64,000 bases of DNA from Corallococcus exiguus (GTDB taxonomy: Bacteria; Myxococcota; Myxococcia; Myxococcales; Myxococcaceae). The translations under genes were made by a program, and so were the position numbers. Shown here piece after piece: positions 1 through 9,703 of the stretch. The DNA lies in NCBI RefSeq assembly GCF_965139275.1, contig NZ_CBCSLE010000005.1, one strand, 5' to 3'. The notes beneath the pieces were generated by a model. That model was given only the letters and a program-made list of their open reading frames with translations. It was not told the origin of the DNA and did no database searches. Each line of letters opens with the position of its first letter. Within the stretch, counting starts at the first letter, position 1.

Positions 1-1033
1 CGTTGCCGCCGGGCACGCTGGCCAGCCCGCAGGCCTTGAGCGCGTCGCGCCAGGCGTAGAAGTCGAAGGGCGCCTGCGGATCCCTGAACCACAGGCCCAC
101 GTTCTTGAGCGGAAGGCGCGCGCGGGCCACCAGGTCGCGCACGGCGGGCGTGAGGCCCAGGGCCCGCACGGGGTGCTCGGTGAGCAGCGTGGGCGTGACG
201 TCCAGGTCCGCGGGCTCCACGTGCAGGTACGTCGCGCCGCGCAGGAGCGTGGTGAAGTACAGCGCCGGCAGGTGCTGGAGCGGGTGGAAGCCCGGCGCCG
301 CCAGGTGGTCCCCCGGGTTCAGTCCGAAGGTCAGCAGCCCGTCCACCAGCGCGCTCCGCCACGCGTCTCCGGCGGTGAGCGGCACGGGGACGTCGCTGGG
401 TTTGGCCAGCGGAGAGAAGAGCAGGCCCACCGGCTCGGAGGGCTTGTACGTGTACGACGCGAGCGCGGGCGGCACCTGCGTCTGCATGGGCAGGAGCCGC
501 GAGGCGTGCTTGCCCAGGAGCGGCGCCTGGTGAGGCTCGGCGGCGATGTGTTGGGGCGCGAGCGCGTCCAGCCGGCGCGCCACGAAGGCGCGGGCCCCGG
601 GCGGCAGGAGGCTCACGCACGCGCCCAGGCCCAGCGCGGCGCACAGCGACACCATCAGCTCCGCGCCCGGCGGCAGCATCAGGCACAGCTTCGCGCCCGG
701 CTTCACCCCCAACCCCGCCCAAGCGGTGGCCCGCCGCGAGGCCTGCTCCTGGAGCTGGCGGTAGCTCAGCGTGCGCCAGCCCTGCGTCCGGGAGTACGCG
801 CGCAGCGCGATGCGGTCCGTGGTGGCGTGGCGGGCCACCAGGTCGTGGAAGAAGTCGTGGTGCTGGCCGGTGCGGCTCTTGAAGGGCGTGCTCCGGCCGG
901 CGTGAATGGGGGCCATCGCGGCGGCGAAGCCATCCGGATCCTCCCAGCTTCGCGCAAGCCACGCGGGCACGCTGTCCGGAGGCGGCTGGGTGCCGTCGAA
1001 CGCGGCGAGGACGATGCGTGGCTCGAAGGTCAT
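1..1033 (-). CDS. Partial CDS (N-terminal approx 344 aa; C-terminus beyond window start). Possible adenylate-forming/ANL-like enzyme; product assignment weak.
   Basis: Reverse-strand translation from ATG (revcomp of cat at 1031-1033) is open to position 1 with strong GC3 bias (MTFEPRIVLAAFDG...). Its start overlaps the stop of the upstream minus-strand gene (ATGA coupling). Gly/Ala/Leu-rich segments loosely resemble ANL adenylation domains, but the canonical TSGTTGxPKG motif is not clear. Absent from the ORF track because there is no in-window stop. Confidence 0.4.
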   Translation of the reverse strand, partial: MTFEPRIVLAAFDGTQPPPDSVPAWLARSWEDPDGFAAAMAPIHAGRSTPFKSRTGQHHDFFHDLVARHATTDRIALRAYSRTQGWRTLSYRQLQEQASRRATAWAGLGVKPGAKLCLMLPPGAELMVSLCAALGLGACVSLLPPGARAFVARRLDALAPQHIAAEPHQAPLLGKHASRLLPMQTQVPPALASYTYKPSEPVGLLFSPLAKPSDVPVPLTAGDAWRSALVDGLLTFGLNPGDHLAAPGFHPLQHLPALYFTTLLRGATYLHVEPADLDVTPTLLTEHPVRALGLTPAVRDLVARARLPLKNVGLWFRDPQAPFDFYAWRDALKACGLASVPGGN

Positions 1034-2070
1034 GGCGAGGGTGACGGCGCGGGTTCAGGGGGGAGCAGCTCGCGGGTGGGCACCGGCTCCACGCTCGAGT
1101 CCGGGACGTACTCCGGCTTCTTCTGGAACTCCTCCAGGCGCAGCTGGGGCACGGGCTCCGGGAGCACCTCCATCCGGGGAGGAGGCTCCTGGCGGAACGA
1201 CACGCCCAGGAGCACCCGTGCGATGGGCGTGCCCGGCGTGCGTCCCAGGCCAGGCCCCGCGAGCGCGTGCAGCTCCAGGCCCTCCGACAGGGGGATGCGT
1301 CCGCCGGCCAGCACCTCCACCGCGGGCTGGTCCATGTCCGCCGCGAAGGCGGCCTTCACCGCCAGCTCGCCGCGCAGCCCCTGTCCGGCCGTCGTCAACC
1401 CGGCGCCCAGGCGGACCTCCAGCATCTGTCCGGAGGCGCTCGGCCCGGAGAGCGGGTTGCGCGAGCGCAGCAGCACGCCGGCCTCCAGCGCGGGCTTGAG
1501 GAACCCCACCTGCGTGCCAATGGCGGCCAGGGCTCGCACGCGGATGCCCGAGTCCCGGCCCAGCACCGCCGCGCTGCCAATGGGCAGCCCCACGCCCAGG
1601 TCCATGGAGAGGTCCACGGGGTGGTCGTCACGGCGCGACAAGAGCCCCAGGCGCGCCTGTATCTCCGGGGTGCCCAGGCCCTGCGAGGCCAGCGGCGTCA
1701 GGCCCAGGGGCGCTGGATCATCCCCCTGCTGCCACAACACCACGGGCACCTGCGCGCCCACCTCCAGCCACGGCAGCACGCCGTAGCTGCCCGCCAGGAC
1801 GGAGGACGCGCGGTTGCGCACGGCCTCCAGGCGGCGCTCGCCGTTGAGGAGCACGAGCGGCAGCTGTTGGTACTGGCCCACCAGCCCCAGGCTCATGCCG
1901 CCGGGCACCAGCAGTTCGCCGCTGCGCATCACCGCGGTTCCGCGGCCAGGGTTGATCTCCAGGTGCTCCAATTCAAAGCCGGGAAGGGCGGACTGGGCCC
2001 AGGCGGGCAGGGCGCTCAACAGGACCGCGGCGGCGGCGCCGTGCACTGACAGGAATTTGGGCATGGGCAT
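1030..2070 (-). CDS. Secreted/outer-membrane-like protein with N-terminal signal peptide and Pro-rich C-terminal tail
   Basis: 346-aa ORF. N-terminus MPMPKFLSVHGAAAAVLLSALPAWAQS is a typical Sec signal peptide. Alternating hydrophobic patterns suggest beta-strands. C-terminal PEPVPTRELLPPEPAPSPSP tail. Translationally coupled to the downstream gene. Confidence 0.55.
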   Translation of the reverse strand: MPMPKFLSVHGAAAAVLLSALPAWAQSALPGFELEHLEINPGRGTAVMRSGELLVPGGMSLGLVGQYQQLPLVLLNGERRLEAVRNRASSVLAGSYGVLPWLEVGAQVPVVLWQQGDDPAPLGLTPLASQGLGTPEIQARLGLLSRRDDHPVDLSMDLGVGLPIGSAAVLGRDSGIRVRALAAIGTQVGFLKPALEAGVLLRSRNPLSGPSASGQMLEVRLGAGLTTAGQGLRGELAVKAAFAADMDQPAVEVLAGGRIPLSEGLELHALAGPGLGRTPGTPIARVLLGVSFRQEPPPRMEVLPEPVPQLRLEEFQKKPEYVPDSSVEPVPTRELLPPEPAPSPSP

Positions 2071-2235
2071 GATGGCGCTCTGACCCGCTTCTGGCGGGAC
2101 GCGCTCCCCCGGCCGACATCATACCCAGACAGCGATACGAAACATAGGCGTGCCCAGCGGTACGGATGAGCAGGAATGGGTCGGCGCGGCCCTGATGCAC
2201 GGGGTTGGCGACCTGCTCGGTCCTGGTGTTCCGGG

Positions 2236-4632
2236 TCAGGGGACCGGCAGCTCCACGATGAACGTCGCGCCATGGCCGGGCTGACTCTCCACGCGAAGGG
2301 TGCCGTGGTGGGCTTCGACAATCTGTTTGGTGATGAAGAGGCCCAATCCCAGACCGCCGTAATGCCGTGTCGACACGGCGCGGGTGAATTTCTCGAAGAT
2401 GGCCTGGAGGCTCCCCGGTGAGATGCCGATGCCTTCGTCCCTCACGCTCAGCCTCGCCCGGTCGCGGACCTGCTCCACGCGAATCGTCACCGGGTGGCCC
2501 GGGCCGTATTTCAGCGCGTTGGACAGCAGGCTGCTCGCCACCTGTTCCAGCCGGTGGGGGTCCCAGCGGCCCACGACGCCCGGTGTTTCGTGGACGATGA
2601 GCTCGCAGCCCACCTTCGCCGCCTGGGTCTGGAAGCGCTCCACCGCGTCGCGCACCACGTCCGCCAGATTCACGTCCTCCAGTTGCAGCGGTGCGGAGGG
2701 GCCGGTGAGTTGTGTCACCTCCAGCAGGTCGTTGATGAGCGTGGTCATCTTTCTTATCTGCCCGGAGATGGTCTCCGCCGTCTTCACCACGCGCTCCCGC
2801 AGTGACTCCAGCGTCTGTTCCGCCTGCGCGTCCTTGACCAGGGATTGGAGCTTGAGCTGCAACGGCGTCAGCGGCGTCTTCAATTCATGCGACGCCACCG
2901 TCAGGAATTCATCCCGGAGCGACACGGCGTGCTGGAGCTGGGCCTGTGTCTTTCTCAGCTCGGTGACGTCCTGGAGCGCCAGGAGGACCGCCTCCGGATG
3001 GCCGTGCTGGGCGGGCAGGGTGCCCGCCTCCATCAGCAGGGAGTAATGCCCCGTGGGCGTGTGCCAGACGACCGGCTCCCCGTGAACGGGATTGCCCAGG
3101 ATCGCGCGGATGCCGGGGATCTCCTCCATGGTCAGCTCGCGGCCCGCTTCGTCCGTGAAGTGGTGCGCGCCGTGCGTGTAGCTCTCCTCGCGCAGGCCCT
3201 CGGGGAAATCACCACCGGCCATCTGCCGGGCCGCCTGGTTCGCGAAGATGATGCGGCCAGTCACTGGCTCCACCAGGATGATGGCCACGGGCGTCTGGTC
3301 CAGCATCGCCTCCAGCCACTGCTGCTGGTTCCTCAATGACGCAGCGGACTCCTCCAGCTTCTTCCGGGCCTCCACCCGATCCGTCACGTCGACGGCGAAC
3401 GACAGCACGGAATCCACCTGGCCCCGCACGTCGCGCAGCGGCTGGTACGCCACGTCGAATGGCCGCGTCGACTGGACCCCGTCGCCCTGGAAGTCGGTGG
3501 TGACCGGGACCTCTCTTTCGATGAACGACTCTCCCTGGCGATAGGCCTTCTCCAAGAGCCGCGAGTACTCGACCCCCCGTTCGTCCTCGACGTCCTTGAT
3601 GGAGGTGCCCAACAGGTCCGCGCCTCCCGACAGCACCTTGTAGAGGGGGTTCACCAGCGTGAAGACCTGCCGCTCGCCGGAGAGGATGGCGATGGAGGCC
3701 GGGGCGCTCGTCAGCACGGAGCGCAGCCTCGCGCGTTCGTTCTCCGCCTGGGCCTCCGCCTGCTTGCGCTCGGTGATGTCCTCCGCGGTGGACACCCACT
3801 CCCGGATGACACCGTTGTCACCGAACACGGGCACCGCCCGGCCCACGACGTCCCGGTAGCCCCCCGCGTGGAAGCGCAGGCGGAACTCGCCGCGGTAGGA
3901 CGCCTTCGTGCGCAGGGACTCCACCCAGCTGCGCACCACGCGCTTGCGGTCGTCCGGATGGATGGCGGAAAGCCAGCCCAGCCCCAGGTGCTCCGCGTGG
4001 GTCTGGCCCGTGAAGGCCAGCCAGCGCGGCGCGGGCTCCACCACCTCGCCCCGGGCATTGGTGGACCACACCGGCTGCGCCATGGCCTCCACCAGTGAGC
4101 GGTAGCGCTGCTCGCTGGCCTGGAGCGCGTCGTGGGCCCTGCGCTGTTCGGTGACCTCCGACACGATGACGCCGATGCCCAGCAAGACGCCGGAGTTGGT
4201 GCGCACCGGGTAGTAGCTGACGAGGAAGTGGCGCTCCACGCCCGCGTCCTTGGAGGTGGCGCCCACCACCTCCACCGTCTGCGCGCTCCCTCCCTCCAGG
4301 ACGCGCTGATACTGGGGACGAAGCGTGGGCCACATCTCCGGGACGATGTCCTGAACCTTGCGCCCCAGGTGCGCGGCGCGCGGGATGCCATTCATGACGG
4401 CGAGCGCTTCGTTGACCTGGACGAAGCGCTGCGCCATGTCCACCACCGCGAGGCCCACCGGCGTGCTCGCCACCAGCGTCTCGAGGAGCAGCCGGGAATG
4501 CGCGTCGGAGAGGGTCTCGATGGCTTCCGGGTCGAAGCTTGCGCTGGGGCTCTCCACGCGCGCCTCCTTTGACCCCGGCCCTTCCCGGCGAGCTTGGAGG
4601 CAGGGCCCCGTGACGCCGCTTCCCACCATGGG
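2236..4632 (-). CDS. PAS/PAC-domain sensor histidine kinase (HisKA + HATPase_c), no receiver domain
   Basis: Multiple PAS-like segments, then H-box (SHELKTPLTPLQLKLQSL) and G-boxes (RDEGIGISPGSLQAIFEKF...GGLGLGLFITKQIVEAHHGTLRVESQPGHGATFIVELP). Start chosen at internal Met (MVGSG). The full ORF extends to 4722. Confidence 0.8.
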   Translation of the reverse strand, partial: PMVGSGVTGPCLQARREGPGSKEARVESPSASFDPEAIETLSDAHSRLLLETLVASTPVGLAVVDMAQRFVQVNEALAVMNGIPRAAHLGRKVQDIVPEMWPTLRPQYQRVLEGGSAQTVEVVGATSKDAGVERHFLVSYYPVRTNSGVLLGIGVIVSEVTEQRRAHDALQASEQRYRSLVEAMAQPVWSTNARGEVVEPAPRWLAFTGQTHAEHLGLGWLSAIHPDDRKRVVRSWVESLRTKASYRGEFRLRFHAGGYRDVVGRAVPVFGDNGVIREWVSTAEDITERKQAEAQAENERARLRSVLTSAPASIAILSGERQVFTLVNPLYKVLSGGADLLGTSIKDVEDERGVEYSRLLEKAYRQGESFIEREVPVTTDFQGDGVQSTRPFDVAYQPLRDVRGQVDSVLSFAVDVTDRVEARKKLEESAASLRNQQQWLEAMLDQTPVAIILVEPVTGRIIFANQAARQMAGGDFPEGLREESYTHGAHHFTDEAGRELTMEEIPGIRAILGNPVHGEPVVWHTPTGHYSLLMEAGTLPAQHGHPEAVLLALQDVTELRKTQAQLQHAVSLRDEFLTVASHELKTPLTPLQLKLQSLVKDAQAEQTLESLRERVVKTAETISGQIRKMTTLINDLLEVTQLTGPSAPLQLEDVNLADVVRDAVERFQTQAAKVGCELIVHETPGVVGRWDPHRLEQVASSLLSNALKYGPGHPVTIRVEQVRDRARLSVRDEGIGISPGSLQAIFEKFTRAVSTRHYGGLGLGLFITKQIVEAHHGTLRVESQPGHGATFIVELPVP

Positions 4633-4758
4633 AGTGGCCTGACTTGGAGAGTGTGCATTCTCGACCCCGGGGGGCAATCCACACCGGTCCGGAGGCGCGG
4701 CTGCCGCCTGGTCGGCACCCAATGACAGACAGGCGGCGGGCCGAGCCCTCCCGCCGGC

Positions 4759-5133
4759 TCATGCACGCGGAGGGCCGGGCCCCTCCTCGTCAGCTGGCTT
4801 GGATTGCCAGGGCCAGCGCCTGTCGATCTCCACCTCCAGGGTGAAGCTGAGGAAGGTCCGGATGAGGACGATGAGGCCCAGGATGAGCACCTGCCGCAGC
4901 GTGGGCGCCCCCGCGACCGTGCGGATGATGTCCGCCGCCACGAGCAGCTCCAGTCCCAGCAGGATGGCGCGGCCCAGGTAGTGGCGAAGCTGCCGGTACG
5001 CCTCCCCCCGCCGCGGTCCCCGCACGTCCTGGAGGACGAGCGCCACGGACACCACCGTTCCCACCACCATCACGCCCACGCCCGAGGCGTCGAACAATTG
5101 GGCGGCCAGGGCCACCAGATCCTCGAATCGCAT
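4759..5133 (-). CDS. Small DUF1622-like two-TM membrane protein
   Basis: MRFEDLVALAAQLFDASGVGVMVVGTVVSVALVL...LILGLIVLIRTFLSFTLEVEIDRRW is characteristic of the DUF1622 family. Diverges from the CIS operon across an AT-rich promoter island. Confidence 0.5.
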   Translation of the reverse strand: MRFEDLVALAAQLFDASGVGVMVVGTVVSVALVLQDVRGPRRGEAYRQLRHYLGRAILLGLELLVAADIIRTVAGAPTLRQVLILGLIVLIRTFLSFTLEVEIDRRWPWQSKPADEEGPGPPRA

Positions 5134-5224
5134 CCACCGCTCCCTCTCCGGCAAAGGTGGTTTGCGACGCAGCGGACAGCCACCGCGATCCACCCTCCCC
5201 TCGGGATGGGAGGCCCGTCGGAAT

Positions 5225-5300
5225 AGACACATAAAATATCAAAGCAATACATGCGTGCAGTGTTGACGGCGGCTGGGTTCCTGATTCATTGTCGCCGCCC
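5225..5300. promoter_or_regulatory. AT-rich island (acataaaatatcaaagcaatacat) plus TTGACG -35-like hexamer in the divergent intergenic region upstream of the CIS operon
   Basis: Only strongly AT-rich stretch in a 70% GC context. Lies between divergent genes 4759-5133(-) and 5407(+). TTGACG at 5263-5268. No convincing sigma54 -24/-12 match. Confidence 0.3.
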
Positions 5301-5406
5301 TTCGCGTGTCACAGCGGGAGTCGGGCGGTTTCCGAGGGGTGCCGGGGGGTGCCGTGACGCTGCAGCTTGAAACCAGACATGACATTGCCCTGGAGGGTCG
5401 TTTCGC

Positions 5407-7365
5407 GTGATTCGCGAGATCCTCAGCGGACTGCTATGGCAGGGCCGGGTGGCCTTGCGCAGCGGCGACGTGCGCGTCTTCGCCGCGCATGGCTACGTGG
5501 ATGAAGGCTACCGGCCTTCGCGCGTGCCATTCCTCTCCGTTGTCGGCCCGCTGGGCTTGTTCCCCGAACCCGAGCGAGAGAACGGCCGCACGGGCGTCGC
5601 CACCTTCCGTGTGCCGGGCCACCTTGTCGGCAGGCCTCGCGCTTCCGCGGACAGCGTGCCGCCCAATGGCTCGCTCAAGCTGCGCCTGGATGGCCGCGCC
5701 ACCGTCACCCTCACGGGGTTGCCGGGCGGCTCGTTTGCTTCCACCGCGACGGGCCCCGCGCTCGCTGACGCCATCAACGCGCGGCTGGCGGATGCGCTCA
5801 CCGGTGGACTCTTCCAGGAGCCCACGGGCGCGCCGCTCACGGACCCGTTGCTGCTGGAGGCGCTCGCTGGCGTCATCGCGCGCTGGGACGTGGAGGGGAG
5901 CCGGCTCGCGATCAGCTCCGACGCGGGCATCCCCTCCATGGAGTTCCGCTCCAGCGTGGAGGTGCTGCCCGTCGCTGGTGGCATCGAGGGCCCTCTGGGC
6001 CTGGAGCCTCCGGAGCGCTCTCAAGAGGGCAGGGTGTTCCTCAGCAAGATCCGCGCGCCCAAGGCCATGGCCATCGACGTGCAGGTGGACCTGTGGGCGG
6101 GCTCGCAGGTGGACCTGGCGTCCATCATGGACACGGTGGCGCTCTCCATCCCCACGCGCGGGCAGCTGGTGCTGCGCCCGTCGCTGCTGGCCGAGGACGT
6201 GCCCGAAGGCGCCACGACGGTCCGCCTGCTGACGCGCGGTGAGCCCACCACGGCTCTGTCCCTGGTGCACCTGGAGGCCAGCGACCAGAACCTGGAGCGC
6301 GCGCGCGGCGGACGCGTGGACCTGACGCCCGGCGCGTCCTTCCTTCCCACCGCCGAGGGCCTGCGCCTGTCCGGCACCGGCACCGCCTCCGTCCTCGTCT
6401 ACCCGATGCCCGCCGTGCCCGACCCCTTCCACGCCGACAATCCGGCCCCGGACGGGCTGGCGCTGTCGGTGGGGCTGCGCGTCGCCGCTGGCGCCGTGGC
6501 CGCGCAGTCGCTGCCGGTGGCCGTGCTGATGGCGCAGGGGCAGCCCGTGCTGCGGCTCATCGTCCGCTACGAGCAGGTGGACACCCGGCTCATGGGCGAG
6601 GTGGTGGCCACCGCGACGCTGGCGCAGGCCACCGGGACGCAGGTCGCGGAGACGCGCTGGCGGCTTCCGGTGGAGCGGCTGGAGGCCGGCGTGGTGCTGC
6701 ACGCGCGGCTGGAGGCGGGGGAGGGCGTGGTGTGGCTGTCGGCGGACGGGGTGCCGCAGCCGCTCCAGGATGCGGAGGCCACGCCCGCGCCGCCCGTCGC
6801 CGCGCCGGGCGTCACCGTCGCCGCGAGCGACATGGTGCTCACGCTGGGGGCGCAGACGGGCACTCCGCTGGACTTCACGGTGGACCACGTGCACCTGGTG
6901 GCGGAGCCCGTGGGGCCGTTGGATCCGGCGCTGCGCCGCTCCGTCACGGCGGCCTCGCGCCTCAAGCCCGGTGACGTGGTGGTGCTGGGCTCGAGCGACG
7001 ACGGCTACCGCGTGGGCAAGCAGCGCTTCCAGGCGCTGGTGCTGGGGCTGGATGGCGACCGCGTGACGCTCAGCCGTCCCGTGGAGGGCGCCTGGGCCCG
7101 GGGCCGCACGCTTGTGTTCCAGGAGGAGTGCTTCTTCTTCCAGACGCAGCTGCGCCGCCGCGACGACCTCTTGAACCACCTGTACCGCTGCTGCGTGGAC
7201 TACCGGGTCTCCGCGCTGATGGACGAGCCGAACGCGCGCAGCACCGCCCGCCTCGTCGAGACGCCGCGGGTGGACCTCATCGCGCGCGGTGCTGCGCGAG
7301 GCGCCAGCGGCCATCCGGGAACATCTGTCACCGAAGTCGATACCGCCAGGCGCGGGACCATCTGA
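5407..7365 (+). CDS. Hypothetical 652-aa protein, first gene of the contractile-injection-system operon
   Basis: Strong GC3 periodicity on the plus strand; the antisense 626-aa ORF is an Arg/His-rich shadow. GTG start with GGAGGG 10 nt upstream. Stop lies 10 nt before the sheath gene RBS. No recognisable family from sequence alone. Confidence 0.6.
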   Translation: MIREILSGLLWQGRVALRSGDVRVFAAHGYVDEGYRPSRVPFLSVVGPLGLFPEPERENGRTGVATFRVPGHLVGRPRASADSVPPNGSLKLRLDGRATVTLTGLPGGSFASTATGPALADAINARLADALTGGLFQEPTGAPLTDPLLLEALAGVIARWDVEGSRLAISSDAGIPSMEFRSSVEVLPVAGGIEGPLGLEPPERSQEGRVFLSKIRAPKAMAIDVQVDLWAGSQVDLASIMDTVALSIPTRGQLVLRPSLLAEDVPEGATTVRLLTRGEPTTALSLVHLEASDQNLERARGGRVDLTPGASFLPTAEGLRLSGTGTASVLVYPMPAVPDPFHADNPAPDGLALSVGLRVAAGAVAAQSLPVAVLMAQGQPVLRLIVRYEQVDTRLMGEVVATATLAQATGTQVAETRWRLPVERLEAGVVLHARLEAGEGVVWLSADGVPQPLQDAEATPAPPVAAPGVTVAASDMVLTLGAQTGTPLDFTVDHVHLVAEPVGPLDPALRRSVTAASRLKPGDVVVLGSSDDGYRVGKQRFQALVLGLDGDRVTLSRPVEGAWARGRTLVFQEECFFFQTQLRRRDDLLNHLYRCCVDYRVSALMDEPNARSTARLVETPRVDLIARGAARGASGHPGTSVTEVDTARRGTI

Positions 7366-7375
7366 AACCAGGAGG

Positions 7376-9703
7376 ATGAACGTGGCTGAGCGACTGCATC
7401 CGGGCGTCTATGTCGAGGAAATCAGTGCCGGTGCGCGCCCCATCGAAGGGGTGGGCACGTCCACGGCGGCGTTCGTCGGACGCACGGCGCGAGGCATCCC
7501 GGCCCTGGCCTCGTTCGTCACCGGCTTCGCCGAGTACGAGCGGGCCTTTGGCGGACACGAGCCCGGGGAGGCGGGCCTCGTCGCGCAGGCGGTGGAGGCC
7601 TTCTTCGATTCGGGCGGGCGGCGCGCCTACGTCGTGCGCGTGCTGCCCTCCGACGCGGTGGGCGGCGTGTCCACGCCCCTGGTCGCCAGAGCGGGCGGCA
7701 GCCTCAACGCCCTCACGTTCCTGGCGCGGGGCGCGGGCGAGTGGTCCGACTACTTGCGCGTCAACGTGAGCGACTCCCTCAACTTCCCCAGCGAGGCGTT
7801 CCGCGTGGAGGTGATGTGGACGGAGGCCGGGGCCACGCGCCGCCTGGAGACGTTCGAGGACGTGCGCATGGACCCGTCCAGCGAGGACTATGTCGGCGAC
7901 CGCATCAACGACATCTCCCGCTACCTCCGCGTGCGCGACGAGTTCCAGGTGGCGCTCGCCGCGAGGGCACCCGGCGCGGTGCTCGTCCCGGGCGTGCCTC
8001 CCCGGCTCAAGGCCGCCGTGCTGGCCAGCACGAAGTACAGCCTCTATGACGGCGGCAAGCTCCAGGTCTCCGCCTGGGACGAGGCCCAGCCGGACCTGCC
8101 CCGCACGACGCTGGACGTCTCCATCACCCAGGCCCTGGTGGTGGCCGCCGTGCCGGCCGCCGCGTTCGTCAACGGCCGAGCGCAGCTGACCGCCACGGAG
8201 CTCAAGGCCTTCCTCACCCAGGCCGTTACCGCGGCGGGTCTCACCAACACCTTCGTCATCGGAGGCACGGACTCGCCGGAGATTTCGCTGAAGGTGGCCA
8301 CCGGGCCCACGCTCACCATCCCCAAGCCCACGGGCGCGACGTACGACCTGGACCCGGAGGACGCGAAGGTCACCGTGGGCTCGCCGAGCGGCACCACGGT
8401 GGTGCCCATCCCCATCCTGGCGGTGGACAAGGGCGCGGTGACGCCCGCGGAGTTGAACCACTCGCTGAGCGTGGCGCTGGTCGGCAAGGTCGCGTCGGTG
8501 GTGACGGATGCGCAGGGCAACACCGTCATCACGGGCCTGGCCACGGCGGCGGGCACCTCCACGCTGTCGCTCTCCGCCACCGGCTTCACCGGCACCGCCG
8601 CCGCCGGCACGGCGGGCACGAGCGCGGAGTCCTTCGACGGGCTCCAGCTCTCCATCAGCGAAACGCTCCAGCCCACGGTGCCTACCATGCTCCGGCAACT
8701 GGGCTTCGCGCCGCGCGCACGTGGTTACTCGGATGATTCGCCCGCGAACCCGGTGGTGCGGCCGTCTTCTGTGACGAACCTGCGCCTCCTGGGCGGCGAC
8801 GACGGCGCGGGCCTCCTGGACACGTCCGACTTCGCGGGCGACGCGAAGCTGCGCACGGGCTTGCACGCGCTGGACACGGAGGACGTCAACATCGTGGCGC
8901 TGCCCGGCAAGAACGAGGTGTCGTTCATCGCCGCGGGCGTCGCGTACTGCGACAACCGGGGCGACTGCTTCTTCCTCGCGGACGGCCCCGGCGGCGTGGA
9001 CAAGGACTTCGCGGTGGTGCCGGACGACGCGAAGCAGTTCGTGGAGGGGTTGCCCTCGCGCTCGAAGAACTCGGCCATGTTCTACCCGTGGATCCGCGTG
9101 GCGGACCCCGTGGGCGTGGGCCGCAATCCCACGCGGCTGGTGCCTCCGTCCGGCCACGTGGCGGGCCTCTTCGCGCGCACGGACACCACACGCGGCGTGT
9201 GGAAGGCGCCCGCGGGCATCGAGGCTTCTCTCGCCAATGCGCTGGGCCTCCAGTACCCCGTCATCGACGCGGAGCAGGATCTGCTCAACCCGGCGAGCCT
9301 CAACTGCCTGCGCCAGTTCCCCGGCGTGGGACTCGTGTCGTGGGGCTCGCGCACGCTGGGGCCGGAACCCGAGTGGCGTTACATCCCGGTGCGCCGCACC
9401 GCGCTCTTCCTCAAGGAGTCGCTGAGGCGCGGCCTGATGTGGGCGGTGTTCGAGCCCAACGACGAAGAGCTCTGGGGCCGCATCCGCGTCGCCATCGAGT
9501 CGTTCATGCTGGGGCTGTTCCGGCAGGGCGCGTTCCAGGGCAGCACGCCGGAAGAGGCCTTCAGCGTCGTCTGCGACCGGAGCACCAACCCGCAGGAGAA
9601 CGTGGACGCGGGCATCGTCACCGCGCAGGTGGCGTTCGCGCCGCTGAAGCCCGCGGAGTTCGTGGTCATCGAAATCAGCCAGAAGAGCCTGCTGGCGGCC
9701 TGA
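7376..9703 (+). CDS. Contractile tail sheath protein (Afp2-4/Pvc2-4/T4 gp18 family), unusually long (775 aa)
   Basis: N-terminus MNVAERLHPGVYVEEISAGARPIEGVGTSTAAFVGRTARG matches the conserved sheath N-terminal motif (PGVY[IV]EE...TS.A.FVG). RBS AGGAGG 5 nt upstream. Stop overlaps the tube gene start (TGATG). Confidence 0.85.
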   Translation: MNVAERLHPGVYVEEISAGARPIEGVGTSTAAFVGRTARGIPALASFVTGFAEYERAFGGHEPGEAGLVAQAVEAFFDSGGRRAYVVRVLPSDAVGGVSTPLVARAGGSLNALTFLARGAGEWSDYLRVNVSDSLNFPSEAFRVEVMWTEAGATRRLETFEDVRMDPSSEDYVGDRINDISRYLRVRDEFQVALAARAPGAVLVPGVPPRLKAAVLASTKYSLYDGGKLQVSAWDEAQPDLPRTTLDVSITQALVVAAVPAAAFVNGRAQLTATELKAFLTQAVTAAGLTNTFVIGGTDSPEISLKVATGPTLTIPKPTGATYDLDPEDAKVTVGSPSGTTVVPIPILAVDKGAVTPAELNHSLSVALVGKVASVVTDAQGNTVITGLATAAGTSTLSLSATGFTGTAAAGTAGTSAESFDGLQLSISETLQPTVPTMLRQLGFAPRARGYSDDSPANPVVRPSSVTNLRLLGGDDGAGLLDTSDFAGDAKLRTGLHALDTEDVNIVALPGKNEVSFIAAGVAYCDNRGDCFFLADGPGGVDKDFAVVPDDAKQFVEGLPSRSKNSAMFYPWIRVADPVGVGRNPTRLVPPSGHVAGLFARTDTTRGVWKAPAGIEASLANALGLQYPVIDAEQDLLNPASLNCLRQFPGVGLVSWGSRTLGPEPEWRYIPVRRTALFLKESLRRGLMWAVFEPNDEELWGRIRVAIESFMLGLFRQGAFQGSTPEEAFSVVCDRSTNPQENVDAGIVTAQVAFAPLKPAEFVVIEISQKSLLAA

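Noticed and set aside
1-1033. Confident call of an AMP-dependent synthetase/ligase
   Set aside because: Only weak resemblance; the canonical TSGTTGxPKG motif is not readable. Kept as a low-confidence partial CDS with uncertain product.
173-1786. 537-aa plus-strand ORF (and 105..533, 906..1499) overlapping the start of the window
   Set aside because: Arg/Gly/His-rich junk-like translation. The opposite strand carries coherent genes with strong GC3 bias and recognisable signal peptide/ATGA coupling. Typical high-GC shadow ORFs.
5300-5406. Possible sigma54 (-24 GG / -12 GC) promoter in gggtgccgtgacgctgc upstream of the operon
   Set aside because: Spacing fits GG-N10-GC, but the surrounding bases do not match TGGCAC-N5-TTGC. 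Too weak to call.
5434-7314. 626-aa minus-strand ORF antisense to the first CIS gene
   Set aside because: Low-complexity Arg/His/Gly composition and no start context. The plus frame has much stronger third-position GC periodicity.
7328-9157. 609-aa minus-strand ORF antisense to the sheath gene
   Set aside because: The sheath on the plus strand has a conserved family motif. The antisense product is Arg/His/Gly low complexity.
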